Source: Gammaproteobacteria bacterium
GTDB taxonomy: Bacteria > Pseudomonadota > Gammaproteobacteria > Eutrophobiales > Eutrophobiaceae
NCBI GenBank assembly: GCA_965243205.1
Contig: CBDEUK010000001.1
Span: 171,385 to 235,384 of the forward strand
Length of the DNA stretch: 64,000 nucleotides
Reading direction: 5' to 3'
Shown here: in pieces, positions 1 through 9,388 of the stretch
How the letters are laid out: each line of letters opens with the position of its first letter
How positions within the stretch are numbered: position 1 is the first letter of the stretch
Notes under the pieces: model-generated
The model's input: only the letters and a program-made list of their open reading frames with translations
What the model was told of the DNA's origin: nothing
The model's database searches: none
Translations under genes and position numbers: made by a program

Positions 1-262
1 TACCTTCACTACCGGCTTTTTGTGCAATAGTAATATCCAATGCACTAATTTTATCAGCACGAGATTGAGCAGCAGCTAATGCATCAGCCTGAGCTTTTTC
101 AAGTTCTGCGCGACGCGCTTCGAATTTTTCTACGTTTTCTTTGGTAGCAGGAACTGCTTTACCATTCGGGATTAAAAAGTTTCGACCAAAGCCAGGCTTT
201 ACGCTGACCTGCTCACCCAAATCCCCAAGTTTTTGGATCTTTTCAAGTAATATTATTTCCAT
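1..262 (-). CDS. rplI: 50S ribosomal protein L9 (N-terminal part; gene continues past the window edge)
   Basis: Reverse-complement translation from ATG (plus 262-260) gives [58 protein letters not shown]..., a typical L9 N-terminus. It sits downstream of rpsR as in the rpsF-rpsR-rplI operon. Confidence 0.9.
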   Translation of the reverse strand, partial: MEIILLEKIQKLGDLGEQVSVKPGFGRNFLIPNGKAVPATKENVEKFEARRAELEKAQADALAAAQSRADKISALDITIAQKAGSEG

Positions 263-300
263 CTCATAAACCTCTTTTCACTCAATTTAAGTAAACTTAT

Positions 301-1224
301 TCATGCTGAATCCTGCGGGATATTACGTCCCATTACCGAATCAGCTACACCAATACATGCCAGAATAATAGCGGCATATAACGATATAAATACCAGCGCG
401 AAATACATACCGATTAACCAACCTTGTTGATTAGGTTTTCTCGCAACAAAGGCATGCACACAAGCCACACCTTGAAAAATATACAAGCTCATGAAAACCA
501 TTAAGCAATCACGAGCAATGGAATCATCGACTAAACCATCCATGAATACGATACCCGCACAAACTGCTAAAGGCACTAATAACCACTTTGGCAACTGCAA
601 AGACATAAACTCTTTACGAAACCCGCCTGGGTTATAGACCTTGGATTGCCACCAACGCGCAAATAATACCGTTGACACAATTCCTAAAACGATTAAACAG
701 GCCCGCATTCCACTCATAAATGGAACAAAGTTATCCATAACTTGTTTCATGGCATTAATTTCTTCCACTGGTGTTTGTGGCGATAAATTTGGCAAGATAT
801 TTTTTTGCCAAAACGCTTCAAACACTTCGCGATAATCCGTAGCCACGCTAACAGTTTGTTGATGCATATAAACGATAAATAATATCGCTAACAAACCAGC
901 AATCGTTAGCATCCATCCTTGTGATTGCGTCTCTCTTAAAACATTAGCGACGATTAGTATCGGTAACCAAATTGCTAAGATATAAAACGCAATTGAATTA
1001 ACTTGTATACCTGCTAACAAAAACAAGCCACACAATACAATAAATGCACAAAGCGCTGTTTGTATTGCTATTGATGGCCCTTGCCTTAATGCAATGAATG
1101 CCAATGGCGTACCACTTAATAAAGTTGCTAATGGTGGTACAAATGCAGACAATACTGTAAAAAAACTTAGCGCAACGATTGCCTGCAATCGGCCTTTAGT
1201 TAAAAAACTCGCCAGGCCTTTCAT
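301..1224 (-). CDS. Polytopic inner-membrane protein (DUF2232/YybS-like) between rpsR and rplI
   Basis: 307-aa ORF with about eight hydrophobic helices. The same position (rpsR, membrane protein, rplI) is conserved in Pseudomonas-type gammaproteobacteria that lack priB. Confidence 0.6.
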   Translation of the reverse strand: MKGLASFLTKGRLQAIVALSFFTVLSAFVPPLATLLSGTPLAFIALRQGPSIAIQTALCAFIVLCGLFLLAGIQVNSIAFYILAIWLPILIVANVLRETQSQGWMLTIAGLLAILFIVYMHQQTVSVATDYREVFEAFWQKNILPNLSPQTPVEEINAMKQVMDNFVPFMSGMRACLIVLGIVSTVLFARWWQSKVYNPGGFRKEFMSLQLPKWLLVPLAVCAGIVFMDGLVDDSIARDCLMVFMSLYIFQGVACVHAFVARKPNQQGWLIGMYFALVFISLYAAIILACIGVADSVMGRNIPQDSA

Positions 1225-1284
1225 ATTATGTTTCCAATATCACAATGCTGAACAAAAATACTGTTCAGCAACAACACACATTGA

Positions 1285-1509
1285 TTAATGTGCGTCGCAA
1301 TATGGGATCAATGCAAGATATCGTGCTCGTTTAATTGCTGTTGACAATTGGCGTTGATATTTTGCTTTGGTACCTGAAATACGACTAGGAACAATCTTAC
1401 CGGTTTCAGTAATGTAATTTTTTAATGTGTTTAAATCTTTATAATCAATTTGTTCAACGCCTTCAGCGGTGAATCGACAATATCTTTTACGACGAAAATA
1501 ACGTGACAT
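1285..1509 (-). CDS. rpsR: 30S ribosomal protein S18
   Basis: 74 aa: [17 protein letters not shown]...[26 protein letters not shown]..., the canonical S18 sequence. Confidence 0.95.
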   Translation of the reverse strand: MSRYFRRKRYCRFTAEGVEQIDYKDLNTLKNYITETGKIVPSRISGTKAKYQRQLSTAIKRARYLALIPYCDAH

Positions 1510-1537
1510 ACTATTCTCCTGGATTCTTTTCAGTTAA

Positions 1538-1993
1538 TTACTCAGCTTCAGAATCTGATTCTGCAGGTGTTTCTTCTGCAACATCAGCAGGTGCTTCTTC
1601 TTCAGTTGTAGCTTCAGCAACAGACTCACTAGGTGCTTTTGCAGCCGGTACATCATCATTGCTATCTGATTCTTCATTGGATTTCATCAAAGGCGATTGC
1701 TCAGTAACTGCATCCTCTTGTTGAATGATTAAGTTACGAATCACTGCATCGTTGAAACGAAATGCGCTGGTTAATTGATCGAGAGTTTCTTGATCACATT
1801 CGATATTCATCAAGACATAATGTGCCTTATGAACTTTGTTTATAGGATATGCTAGAAGGCGTCTGCCCCAGTCTTCGAAACGGTGAATTGAACCACCATT
1901 GTCTTGAATCATAGTACGGTAACGATCGACCATACCACTCACTTGCTCGCTCTGATCCGGATGAACCAGAAACACGATTTCATAATGTCGCAT
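1538..1993 (-). CDS. rpsF: 30S ribosomal protein S6 with acidic C-terminal tail
   Basis: [18 protein letters not shown]...AHYVLMNIE..., a typical S6 sequence with an E/D-rich tail. It lies directly upstream of rpsR; no priB intervenes. Confidence 0.95.
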   Translation of the reverse strand: MRHYEIVFLVHPDQSEQVSGMVDRYRTMIQDNGGSIHRFEDWGRRLLAYPINKVHKAHYVLMNIECDQETLDQLTSAFRFNDAVIRNLIIQQEDAVTEQSPLMKSNEESDSNDDVPAAKAPSESVAEATTEEEAPADVAEETPAESDSEAE

Positions 1994-2124
1994 TGTTAAG
2001 TCCTCATGGTTTAATAGCTACCCAGTTGCGGGCTGGTGCAGCAAGGAAATTAGGTGGGCGATGATAAAGTAAGCGTCAACGACTTGCAATAGCTAATAAA
2101 GTTATTAATTTCAATCACTTAAAA

Positions 2125-3432
2125 TCATTTTGGCAGTAGATTCCCTGGGTTTTTGGTGATTTTTTGTACAGCATCGGTTAATTGCTGTAATTCGGAGTCA
2201 TTGATCACAAATGGCGGCATTAAATACACTAATTTTCCGAACGGACGCACCCAAACCTCAGACTCCACAAACTTCAGTACAATCTTAGTCATATCGACTG
2301 GGCGAATCATTTCAACTACACCAATAGCGCCAAGTACTCTGACTTCTTTTACTGTTTCATAATCCCTGCAAACAGCTAATGATTCAGTAAAATGTTTTTC
2401 AATACGTTGAACATTCGCTTGCCAATCACTGCTTTCCAAAAGTTTAATACTCGTTAATGCGGTTCTACAGGCTAACGGATTTGCCATAAACGTTGGTCCA
2501 TGCATGAAAACACCTGGCTCAGAATTACTTATGGTTTCAGCAATATCTGTTGTGGTTAACGTTGCAGCTAAACTGATATATCCACCCGTTAATGATTTGC
2601 CTATACACATAATGTCAGCACAGATGTTGGCATATTCAGATGCGAATAACTTTCCAGTACGACCAAAACCCGTAGCGATTTCATCAAGTATTAACAATAC
2701 ATTATATTCATCACATAATTTTCTAAGTTCCATTAAATATTGAGGCGAGTAGAACCACATACCACCTGCTCCTTGAACTATCGGTTCAATGATGACAGCA
2801 GCAAGTTCTGCATGATATTTCTGAAGCGTTTGTTTAATTTCTTGAAGATGCGTTTGTTCGCATTCTTCATCGAATCGTGGTTTTGGAGCATCAACAAAAT
2901 ATTGTTCAGGTAATATATGATTGAACAAGGTATGCATACCTGTGATCGGATCACATACTGACATCGCACCCAAAGTATCACCATGATAACCTTGTTTAAA
3001 ACTAACAAAACGTTGTTTATTAGCTTGCCCCTTGGCTTGCCAAAATTGAATCGCCATCTTTAATGCAACTTCAACTGATACTGAACCAGAATCTGAAAAG
3101 AAAACCGTTTTTAATTTCTCAGGCGTAATATTAACCAGTTTTTTTGCCAGTTCAGCCGCAGGTTCATGCGTTAAACCACCAAACATCACATGTGATAACG
3201 AGTCAATTTGTTGTTTCATCGCTGCTGTTATAACTGGATGGTTATAACCATGAATCACACACCACCAAGATGCCATACCATCAACTAACTCTTGTCCTGT
3301 AGAAAGTTTTATCTTTGAGCCATTAGCAGATTCAACAGGAAACAATGGTGCTTGACTGGTAAAACTACTGTATGGATGCCAAATAAATTGTTGATCATTT
3401 AAATACCAATCAGGATTTTGTAAATTAACCAT
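2125..3432 (-). CDS. bioA: Adenosylmethionine-8-amino-7-oxononanoate aminotransferase (class III PLP aminotransferase)
   Basis: 435 aa with WHPY..., YHGDT and ...LILDEIATGFGRTGKLFA...CIGKSLTGG motifs, which closely match E. coli BioA. Confidence 0.85.
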   Translation of the reverse strand: MVNLQNPDWYLNDQQFIWHPYSSFTSQAPLFPVESANGSKIKLSTGQELVDGMASWWCVIHGYNHPVITAAMKQQIDSLSHVMFGGLTHEPAAELAKKLVNITPEKLKTVFFSDSGSVSVEVALKMAIQFWQAKGQANKQRFVSFKQGYHGDTLGAMSVCDPITGMHTLFNHILPEQYFVDAPKPRFDEECEQTHLQEIKQTLQKYHAELAAVIIEPIVQGAGGMWFYSPQYLMELRKLCDEYNVLLILDEIATGFGRTGKLFASEYANICADIMCIGKSLTGGYISLAATLTTTDIAETISNSEPGVFMHGPTFMANPLACRTALTSIKLLESSDWQANVQRIEKHFTESLAVCRDYETVKEVRVLGAIGVVEMIRPVDMTKIVLKFVESEVWVRPFGKLVYLMPPFVINDSELQQLTDAVQKITKNPGNLLPK

Positions 3433-3436
3433 TGGT

Positions 3437-4192
3437 TTAAGAATTTACTTGTTTTAATACTTCATATAAACAGACAGCGGCTGCAACAGAGACATTAAGA
3501 CTTTCAACATTACCCTGCATTGGAATATTAACAAGTTGATCACAATGTTTTTTTGTATTTTCTCGTAATCCATCGCCTTCGGCACCCATGACTATTGCGG
3601 TAGAACCAATAAATTTGGTTTGATGAATAGATTGTTTTGCTTCCCCAGCCAAGCCGTATATCCATACATTATTATCTTTTAAATTTCGTAAAGTTCTAGC
3701 CAAATTAGTCACTGTATAGAATGGAACAGATTCTACTGCACCACTTGCTACTTTACATACAGTTGGAGTCAAACTAACAGAACGATCTTTTGCAGTGATT
3801 ATACCATCTACACCAACTGCATCTGCCGTTCGAAAACACGCACCTAAATTATGTGGATCTTGTACGTTATCTAGAATTAAAAATAGTTGATTTTTTTCTT
3901 GTGTATCATTCAATACTTGTTCTAAATCTTTTTCATTTAAGATGTTATAAGCTTCACGAAGAAGTATGACCCCCTGATGTTGAGTTGCACCTGATTTTTC
4001 TTCTAATACTTTTTGATTGACTAGTTGGAGAGAAATGTTATTTTTTTTTGCAGTAGAAATAATTTCAGATAGATCTTGGTTATCTTTTTTATCTTTATTA
4101 ATCCAAACTTCTATACAGGTTTGTGTTGAATATAGCAAAGCATGACGAACTGCATGTAAGCCATAAATAATAATCTTGCTGGATTTACTCAT
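3437..4192 (-). CDS. rlmB: 23S rRNA (Gm2251) 2'-O-methyltransferase, SpoU/TrmH family
   Basis: 251 aa; SpoU motifs (LILDNVQDPHNLGACFRTADAVGVDGII...; IPMQGNVESLNVSVAAAVCLYE). It is adjacent to rnr as in E. coli and Pseudomonas. Confidence 0.85.
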   Translation of the reverse strand: MSKSSKIIIYGLHAVRHALLYSTQTCIEVWINKDKKDNQDLSEIISTAKKNNISLQLVNQKVLEEKSGATQHQGVILLREAYNILNEKDLEQVLNDTQEKNQLFLILDNVQDPHNLGACFRTADAVGVDGIITAKDRSVSLTPTVCKVASGAVESVPFYTVTNLARTLRNLKDNNVWIYGLAGEAKQSIHQTKFIGSTAIVMGAEGDGLRENTKKHCDQLVNIPMQGNVESLNVSVAAAVCLYEVLKQVNS

Positions 4193-4196
4193 CAGA

Positions 4197-6365
4197 TTAT
4201 TCTTGAACTAATTCAAAATCAATTTTTTTATCGTCGAGATTAACTCGAGTCACAATAACTTTTAAACGTTGACCTAATTGAAAAACATAATTGCTTCGCT
4301 CTCCACGTAAGCGATGTCCTGTCGCTTCATAATGATAATAATCGGCGGGCATTAAAGCAGTCACATGCACTAATCCTTCTATATAAATATCATCAAGTTC
4401 TACAAATAATCCAAATGACGTGACTGAACTAATCGTACCCATGAATTCTTCGCCGACATGATCATGTATATATTTACACTTATACCATTGAATCACTTCA
4501 CGAGAAGCATCTTCAGCTCTGCGCTCAGTTTCAGAACAATGATTAGCCATCTCTTGTACTTTATCTTGTTCATACATAAATTCTTCTGGTATATTTCCAT
4601 CAATTAAATGTTTTAACGCTCTGTGCACCATTAAATCAGGGTAACGACGGATTGGTGAAGTAAAATGAGTGTATGCATCAAAGGCTAAACCAAAGTGACC
4701 TTTATTATTTGCTTCATAAACTGCTAAAGGCATACTTCGTAGTAAGACCATATTAATAAGATGATAATCTTCGCGGCCACTTATCTGTTCCATTAAAGTA
4801 GCGTAATCTTTAGCCGAAGGGTTTTCTCCTCCTTGTAATGACAAACCTAGCTCTGATAAAAAAGAACGAAGGTCAGCCAATCGTTCTTCTTTAGGTACTT
4901 CATGCACACGAAACATAGAAGCACATTGCTGTTCAATCAAATGATTTGCTGCGGCCACATTGGCTGTCAACATAAATTCTTCTATTAAACGATGTGCATC
5001 ATTTCGTTGATAGGTATTGATTTCTTGAATTTGATCATTATCACCAAACTTAAAACTAGGTTCATTAGTATCAAAATCCAATAGACCATTTTTCTTGCGT
5101 CTTTCATGTAATAGTTGATACAAAGAATATAAATTTTGAATTAGAGCTAATTCATTCTTTAATTCAGAAACAACTGTTTCATCATTATTTATTACTGCTG
5201 CGACTTTGGTATAAGTTAATCTTGCAACAGACGTCATAACACCTTGATAGAATTCTTTACGTTTTACTTCGCCATTTTTATCGATGCTTAATTCACATAC
5301 CATACATAGTCGATTCACATGTGGATTCAATGAACAAAGACCATTGGACAAAACTTCTGGTAACATCGGTATAACACGCTGCGGGAAATAAACTGAGGTA
5401 CCACGGTTATAAGCTTCCTTATCCAATTCAGTATCGGATATCACATAACTGGAAACATCAGCGATCGCAACAATTAAGCGCCATCCTTGTCCTTGAGGCT
5501 CACAAAAAACTGCATCATCAAAATCTCTAGCATCTTCTCCATCAATAGTAACCAAGGATATATCTCGTATATCTTTATGATTAGGAAACTGTGAAATATC
5601 GACTTCTTCTTTCAAGCTAGAAATTTCATCTAATACCTTCTCAGGCCATTCATGAGGTAAGTTATGATTATGAATAGCAATATCTATCGCCATTCCAGGG
5701 TCGGTTGCATTTCCTAATATTTGAGTAATTTCGCCAATGGGCTGTGAATGTTTATCGGGCTGTTCAGTGATTGAAGCAACAACAACATCTCCAGTTTTTG
5801 CATTATTTTTTTTATCATTGGGGATAATAATATCTTGATGAATACGCTTGTTCTCAGGAATCAAAAAACCAATTGGTCCTTGTGTTTTAAAACGTCCTAC
5901 AACTTGATGGTTGGCACGTTCTAATACTTCAACAATCGTTGCTTCTTCACGTCCACGATGATCAACACCAGAAATTCGAGCTAATATTCTATCTCCATGT
6001 AATACCTTTCGCATTTGCTTAGGCGATAAAAACAAATCATTTCCACCTTGTTCTAATGCCATAAAGCCGTAGCCATCGGGATGCGCGATAATTTTTCCTT
6101 TTAATAAATCAACTTTATCGACAGGCGCATACCCTTCTTTGCGGTTACGAATAATTTGACCATCTCGCTCCATAGCGCGAAGCCGTCGACGCAAAGCTTT
6201 TCGAGATTCGGTATGATCTTCTTTCATTAACGCTGCTGCGATCACTCGAATACCACAAGGTTGTCCCTGTTTTTCTAAAAGCTCAAGGATTTCTTGTCGC
6301 TCTGGAATTATGAATTCGTATTCAGTCGACTGATCAATATTATTTTTTTTACTACGATTTGACAT
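4197..6365 (-). CDS. rnr: Ribonuclease R (RNB domain plus C-terminal S1 domain)
   Basis: 722 aa; RNB catalytic region (...HFGLAFDAYTHFTSPIRRYPDLMVHR...) and a C-terminal S1-like segment. Confidence 0.9.
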   Translation of the reverse strand: MSNRSKKNNIDQSTEYEFIIPERQEILELLEKQGQPCGIRVIAAALMKEDHTESRKALRRRLRAMERDGQIIRNRKEGYAPVDKVDLLKGKIIAHPDGYGFMALEQGGNDLFLSPKQMRKVLHGDRILARISGVDHRGREEATIVEVLERANHQVVGRFKTQGPIGFLIPENKRIHQDIIIPNDKKNNAKTGDVVVASITEQPDKHSQPIGEITQILGNATDPGMAIDIAIHNHNLPHEWPEKVLDEISSLKEEVDISQFPNHKDIRDISLVTIDGEDARDFDDAVFCEPQGQGWRLIVAIADVSSYVISDTELDKEAYNRGTSVYFPQRVIPMLPEVLSNGLCSLNPHVNRLCMVCELSIDKNGEVKRKEFYQGVMTSVARLTYTKVAAVINNDETVVSELKNELALIQNLYSLYQLLHERRKKNGLLDFDTNEPSFKFGDNDQIQEINTYQRNDAHRLIEEFMLTANVAAANHLIEQQCASMFRVHEVPKEERLADLRSFLSELGLSLQGGENPSAKDYATLMEQISGREDYHLINMVLLRSMPLAVYEANNKGHFGLAFDAYTHFTSPIRRYPDLMVHRALKHLIDGNIPEEFMYEQDKVQEMANHCSETERRAEDASREVIQWYKCKYIHDHVGEEFMGTISSVTSFGLFVELDDIYIEGLVHVTALMPADYYHYEATGHRLRGERSNYVFQLGQRLKVIVTRVNLDDKKIDFELVQE

Positions 6366-6467
6366 GTCATGACTATCAACTTAAAAGTCGACAGTATACA
6401 TGCTAAAGCTGAATAATTGATACAAACAAATATGTCGTTGAAAAAGCGTCAGATAAGATATTCTAAA

Positions 6468-6491
6468 TAGAATCGCATCCTTACGATTCTA
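6468..6491 (-). terminator. Hairpin TAGAATCG-catcctta-CGATTCTA downstream of the four-gene accessory operon
   Basis: Perfect 8-bp inverted repeat 21 nt past the stop of the 6512..7162 gene on the minus strand, with a short U-rich tract after it. Confidence 0.4.
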
Positions 6492-6511
6492 TCTAATTAC
6501 TAAATCAATAT

Positions 6512-7162
6512 TTATGAAATGTGTTTATTTTTTCTAAAACCAAAAACCGTAGCCAGTGGTGCAAGCATTAAGTAAACAGCAGCAGGTACTGGGACTGCAT
6601 TAGGATCGGGCGCACCTGTCAATTGAAAATCAATTGAAAAAATATCTGTGCCACCCGTTTCATTAAACCAGAATAAATATTCGCCAGCTGTTAGCTGAGT
6701 GATAGGCAAACTAAATCCTGCATTATTTGTGGCATCATCTGATTCAAATAAATCTGTACCAGCATCCTCTTCACCAAACAATAACCCAGTCAACAACAAA
6801 CTTGGATCTAATGGGAAACTATTAGCTCCGAGCGAATTAACATCAAAAGTTGTAGCATCTAATATCCCAAAGAAACCAGGTCCCGCACCTTGAAGACTCG
6901 TAAAATTGATTAATTGAACAGTATCTAATGTTTCACCTTCTTCAATTGTTACTTGAAATACATCTGGTCCTAAAAGGCTTGTATCAGTGAAAAAACTTAA
7001 GTTATTTGAACCTGCTTCAAAGTCGACTTGTAAAGGATTTCTAAAATCACCCGTTTGAGCAATCCCATCTACAACAATAAAAGCACTCACACTTTGAGCA
7101 CTCAATAGAATAATAAAACCTAATACTATTTTATTTATATAATTATTTATATTTTTCATCAT
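6512..7162 (-). CDS. Secreted protein with PEP-CTERM-like (VPLPA/IPTL-type) C-terminal sorting signal, paralogue B
   Basis: Has an N-terminal signal peptide. The C-terminus reads ...PNAVPVPAAVYLMLAPLATVFGFRKNKHIS: a Pro-rich motif, a ~17-aa hydrophobic helix and a basic tail. It is a clear paralogue of the upstream gene (shared DFEAGSN / EGETL.TV.L.N blocks). Confidence 0.7.
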   Translation of the reverse strand: MMKNINNYINKIVLGFIILLSAQSVSAFIVVDGIAQTGDFRNPLQVDFEAGSNNLSFFTDTSLLGPDVFQVTIEEGETLDTVQLINFTSLQGAGPGFFGILDATTFDVNSLGANSFPLDPSLLLTGLLFGEEDAGTDLFESDDATNNAGFSLPITQLTAGEYLFWFNETGGTDIFSIDFQLTGAPDPNAVPVPAAVYLMLAPLATVFGFRKNKHIS

Positions 7163-7183
7163 GCTATTCCTAAAATAATTCTA

Positions 7184-7879
7184 TTAACTTGTGCTTTTCT
7201 TTGAACGCAACACAAACCCCAGAGGTCCTAATAAAAGCAACACAGAGGCAGGTATTGGTGTAGCAACAACATTTTCAGCGTCGATTAGGAACTCAAGTTC
7301 ATAAGTAAATTCGCCTGATGTCTCACTTAACCAAACCCAGTAACTACCTGGACCAAGTATTCCACTAAAACCTGAAATAAATTCTAGTGCAGCACCTTCT
7401 TCATCTTGAGAAGTACGGCTTGCTAAATCAAGAAGATTAAAATGTGGACCTTGTATAGGACCAAGGTCATTTTGTGTAAACAAAGATGCATTAAACAACT
7501 CAGTATTTTCATCACCAGGATCAAGACCTGCTATGTTATTTGATAGCCTAGGTGCATTAGTAAAATCACCAATCCCAAAAAATCCCGATGGAGTTGCAAA
7601 ATCGAATGTAAATGGCGAATAATTTAATAGATTAACCGCAGTTAAAGTTTCACCTTCTCTTAAAGTGAAAGAGAAAAAATCTCCACCACCAAAAGTAAAA
7701 TTATCAACCAAGCCGCTCACGCTATTAGAACCAGCATCAAATTGTATTGTAGATATCGATGTTGGATCATTTGATAGAGGACCATCTAAAGTTTCATCAT
7801 AAACTAATGCATGTGAACTAAAACTTGTAAATATCCCTATTAAGGCTATCGAAAATTTATTTAAGTACTTCATCATCAT
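7184..7879 (-). CDS. Secreted protein with PEP-CTERM-like C-terminal sorting signal, paralogue A
   Basis: Signal peptide, then a C-terminus ...VVATPIPASVLLLLGPLGFVLRSKKSTS. It is homologous to 6512..7162. Confidence 0.7.
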   Translation of the reverse strand: MMMKYLNKFSIALIGIFTSFSSHALVYDETLDGPLSNDPTSISTIQFDAGSNSVSGLVDNFTFGGGDFFSFTLREGETLTAVNLLNYSPFTFDFATPSGFFGIGDFTNAPRLSNNIAGLDPGDENTELFNASLFTQNDLGPIQGPHFNLLDLASRTSQDEEGAALEFISGFSGILGPGSYWVWLSETSGEFTYELEFLIDAENVVATPIPASVLLLLGPLGFVLRSKKSTS

Positions 7880-7909
7880 TCTCCTAAAAAGAGAGTTTTA
7901 TATAAATAT

Positions 7910-9349
7910 TTAAGAAATAAATCCAAATGGTAAAGACTGGCCTGGGCTCCAAAAATTACCCAAGTTAGGTAAAATGTATTGCATCTCTGTACTATTTGGA
8001 TCAATGCCAAACCATTGAGCGATTTCTAAATAATATTGATCAACCGAAGATGTTGGCACTACGCGACCTCGACCAATATCAAGTGGGTTACCGGTATTTA
8101 AAGACACAGGGTAATCACCATAGACTCGACCACCATTGATTACACCAGGTCCAAGCAATAACATATTGCCACCCCAAGCATGGTCAGTACCAGAACCATT
8201 AAATGTTAATGTTCGTGCAAAATCAGATGCCATAAATAATAAAACTTTACCTTCAGCACCAATTTCATAAATTGCATCATTAACGGCTTTTAGAACATCA
8301 TTAATTTTTTGAATTTGAGGGGGATGGTTTTGATTAAAATTACCATGATGATCCCAATTACCCTCTTGAACAAAAAAGATTTGGCGAGTTTGTCCTAAAG
8401 CTTCTTGAACAGAAATCGTTTTCATAATTTGTTCCATTTCTCGCCCTAAATTATTCTCAGGAAACTGAGTATTAAAATTAATATCTTCAGTATTAGCGTT
8501 ATATTCAAGAGCCCCATTAACAGCATTGAATTTTTTATTTGCAAAAGTATCTGCTAATAAATTGGCATATGTCGCATTCGTTAAGCTGTCATGAGAACGA
8601 GTTAATATGCGATCCATTGTGCTACCACCACCATATCCGTTTAATACATCGGCACCACTGTATTCATTAAGAACGTATTGAAAAGTAGACTGGCCACTTA
8701 GCATAGTTCTCTCGCCGTCTAATGAGTAACAGATTGACAAAGCAGGGTTAGAATTAAATGAATCATTTAATAAATCAGAACAACGACCTGCCCAACCAGT
8801 TAAACCACTGCGAGTTTGAGGTACAGCTGTTTGCCAAGCGCGTTGATGATCAGAATGCGAAAATAAACCAACTGGAAAAGTAACGTCAGAATTCCTGAAG
8901 CGATCTCTATATTGTTGGGCAGTGATCGGCTCAACTAAGGTTCCAACATTTGCAACACATGCCAAATTGCCGTTGTTATACATATCACGACAATCTGTCA
9001 TATTTGGGTGAAACGCGAATTGCCTACCTGAATTTGGATCGGTAATAGCTGTACTAATTAATTCATTGCGAGAATAGGCTACAGCGGTTCTAACGGCTTG
9101 ATAATCTGCATGCTCACTGTTTTCATATGGCATGAGCATGTTATAAGAATCATTACCACCGTTTAAAAACAAGCAAATCATTGCCTTGTAATCTGATTGT
9201 GGTACAGCTGCTGCCGCTGCTTGTGTCATTGTCAAAGACAACATTTGAGACAGCGCCGATGTTGATGCCATTGCAGAACAACCGCCAGTATATTTTAAAA
9301 AGTTTCGACGTGATGAATTAAACTTTGAATGTTTACGTTGTTTACTCAT
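7910..9349 (-). CDS. DUF1501 family protein (sulfatase/phosphatase-like fold) with twin-arginine signal
   Basis: Tat motif SRRNFLKYTGG near the N-terminus. The C-terminal block DFARTLTFNGSGTDHAWGGNMLLLGPGVINGGRVYGDYP matches the DUF1501 consensus (EFGRTP...GRDHhp...GGG..GG.vyG.TD). It is paired with DUF1800 upstream. Confidence 0.8.
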   Translation of the reverse strand: MSKQRKHSKFNSSRRNFLKYTGGCSAMASTSALSQMLSLTMTQAAAAAVPQSDYKAMICLFLNGGNDSYNMLMPYENSEHADYQAVRTAVAYSRNELISTAITDPNSGRQFAFHPNMTDCRDMYNNGNLACVANVGTLVEPITAQQYRDRFRNSDVTFPVGLFSHSDHQRAWQTAVPQTRSGLTGWAGRCSDLLNDSFNSNPALSICYSLDGERTMLSGQSTFQYVLNEYSGADVLNGYGGGSTMDRILTRSHDSLTNATYANLLADTFANKKFNAVNGALEYNANTEDINFNTQFPENNLGREMEQIMKTISVQEALGQTRQIFFVQEGNWDHHGNFNQNHPPQIQKINDVLKAVNDAIYEIGAEGKVLLFMASDFARTLTFNGSGTDHAWGGNMLLLGPGVINGGRVYGDYPVSLNTGNPLDIGRGRVVPTSSVDQYYLEIAQWFGIDPNSTEMQYILPNLGNFWSPGQSLPFGFIS

Positions 9350-9388
9350 AATAAATTCCTCTATTTGCTATCGTTCTTAAATTAACAA

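Noticed and set aside
641-1288. Plus-strand ORFs 641..835 and 1094..1288 inside the minus-strand membrane-protein gene
   Set aside because: They lie antisense within a well-supported CDS and have no RBS or homology. They are typical spurious ORFs in AT-rich sequence.
1503-1724. 73-aa Ser/Ala-rich plus-strand ORF
   Set aside because: It is antisense to the acidic tail of rpsF. The low-complexity translation is an artefact of the GAA/GAT-rich coding strand.
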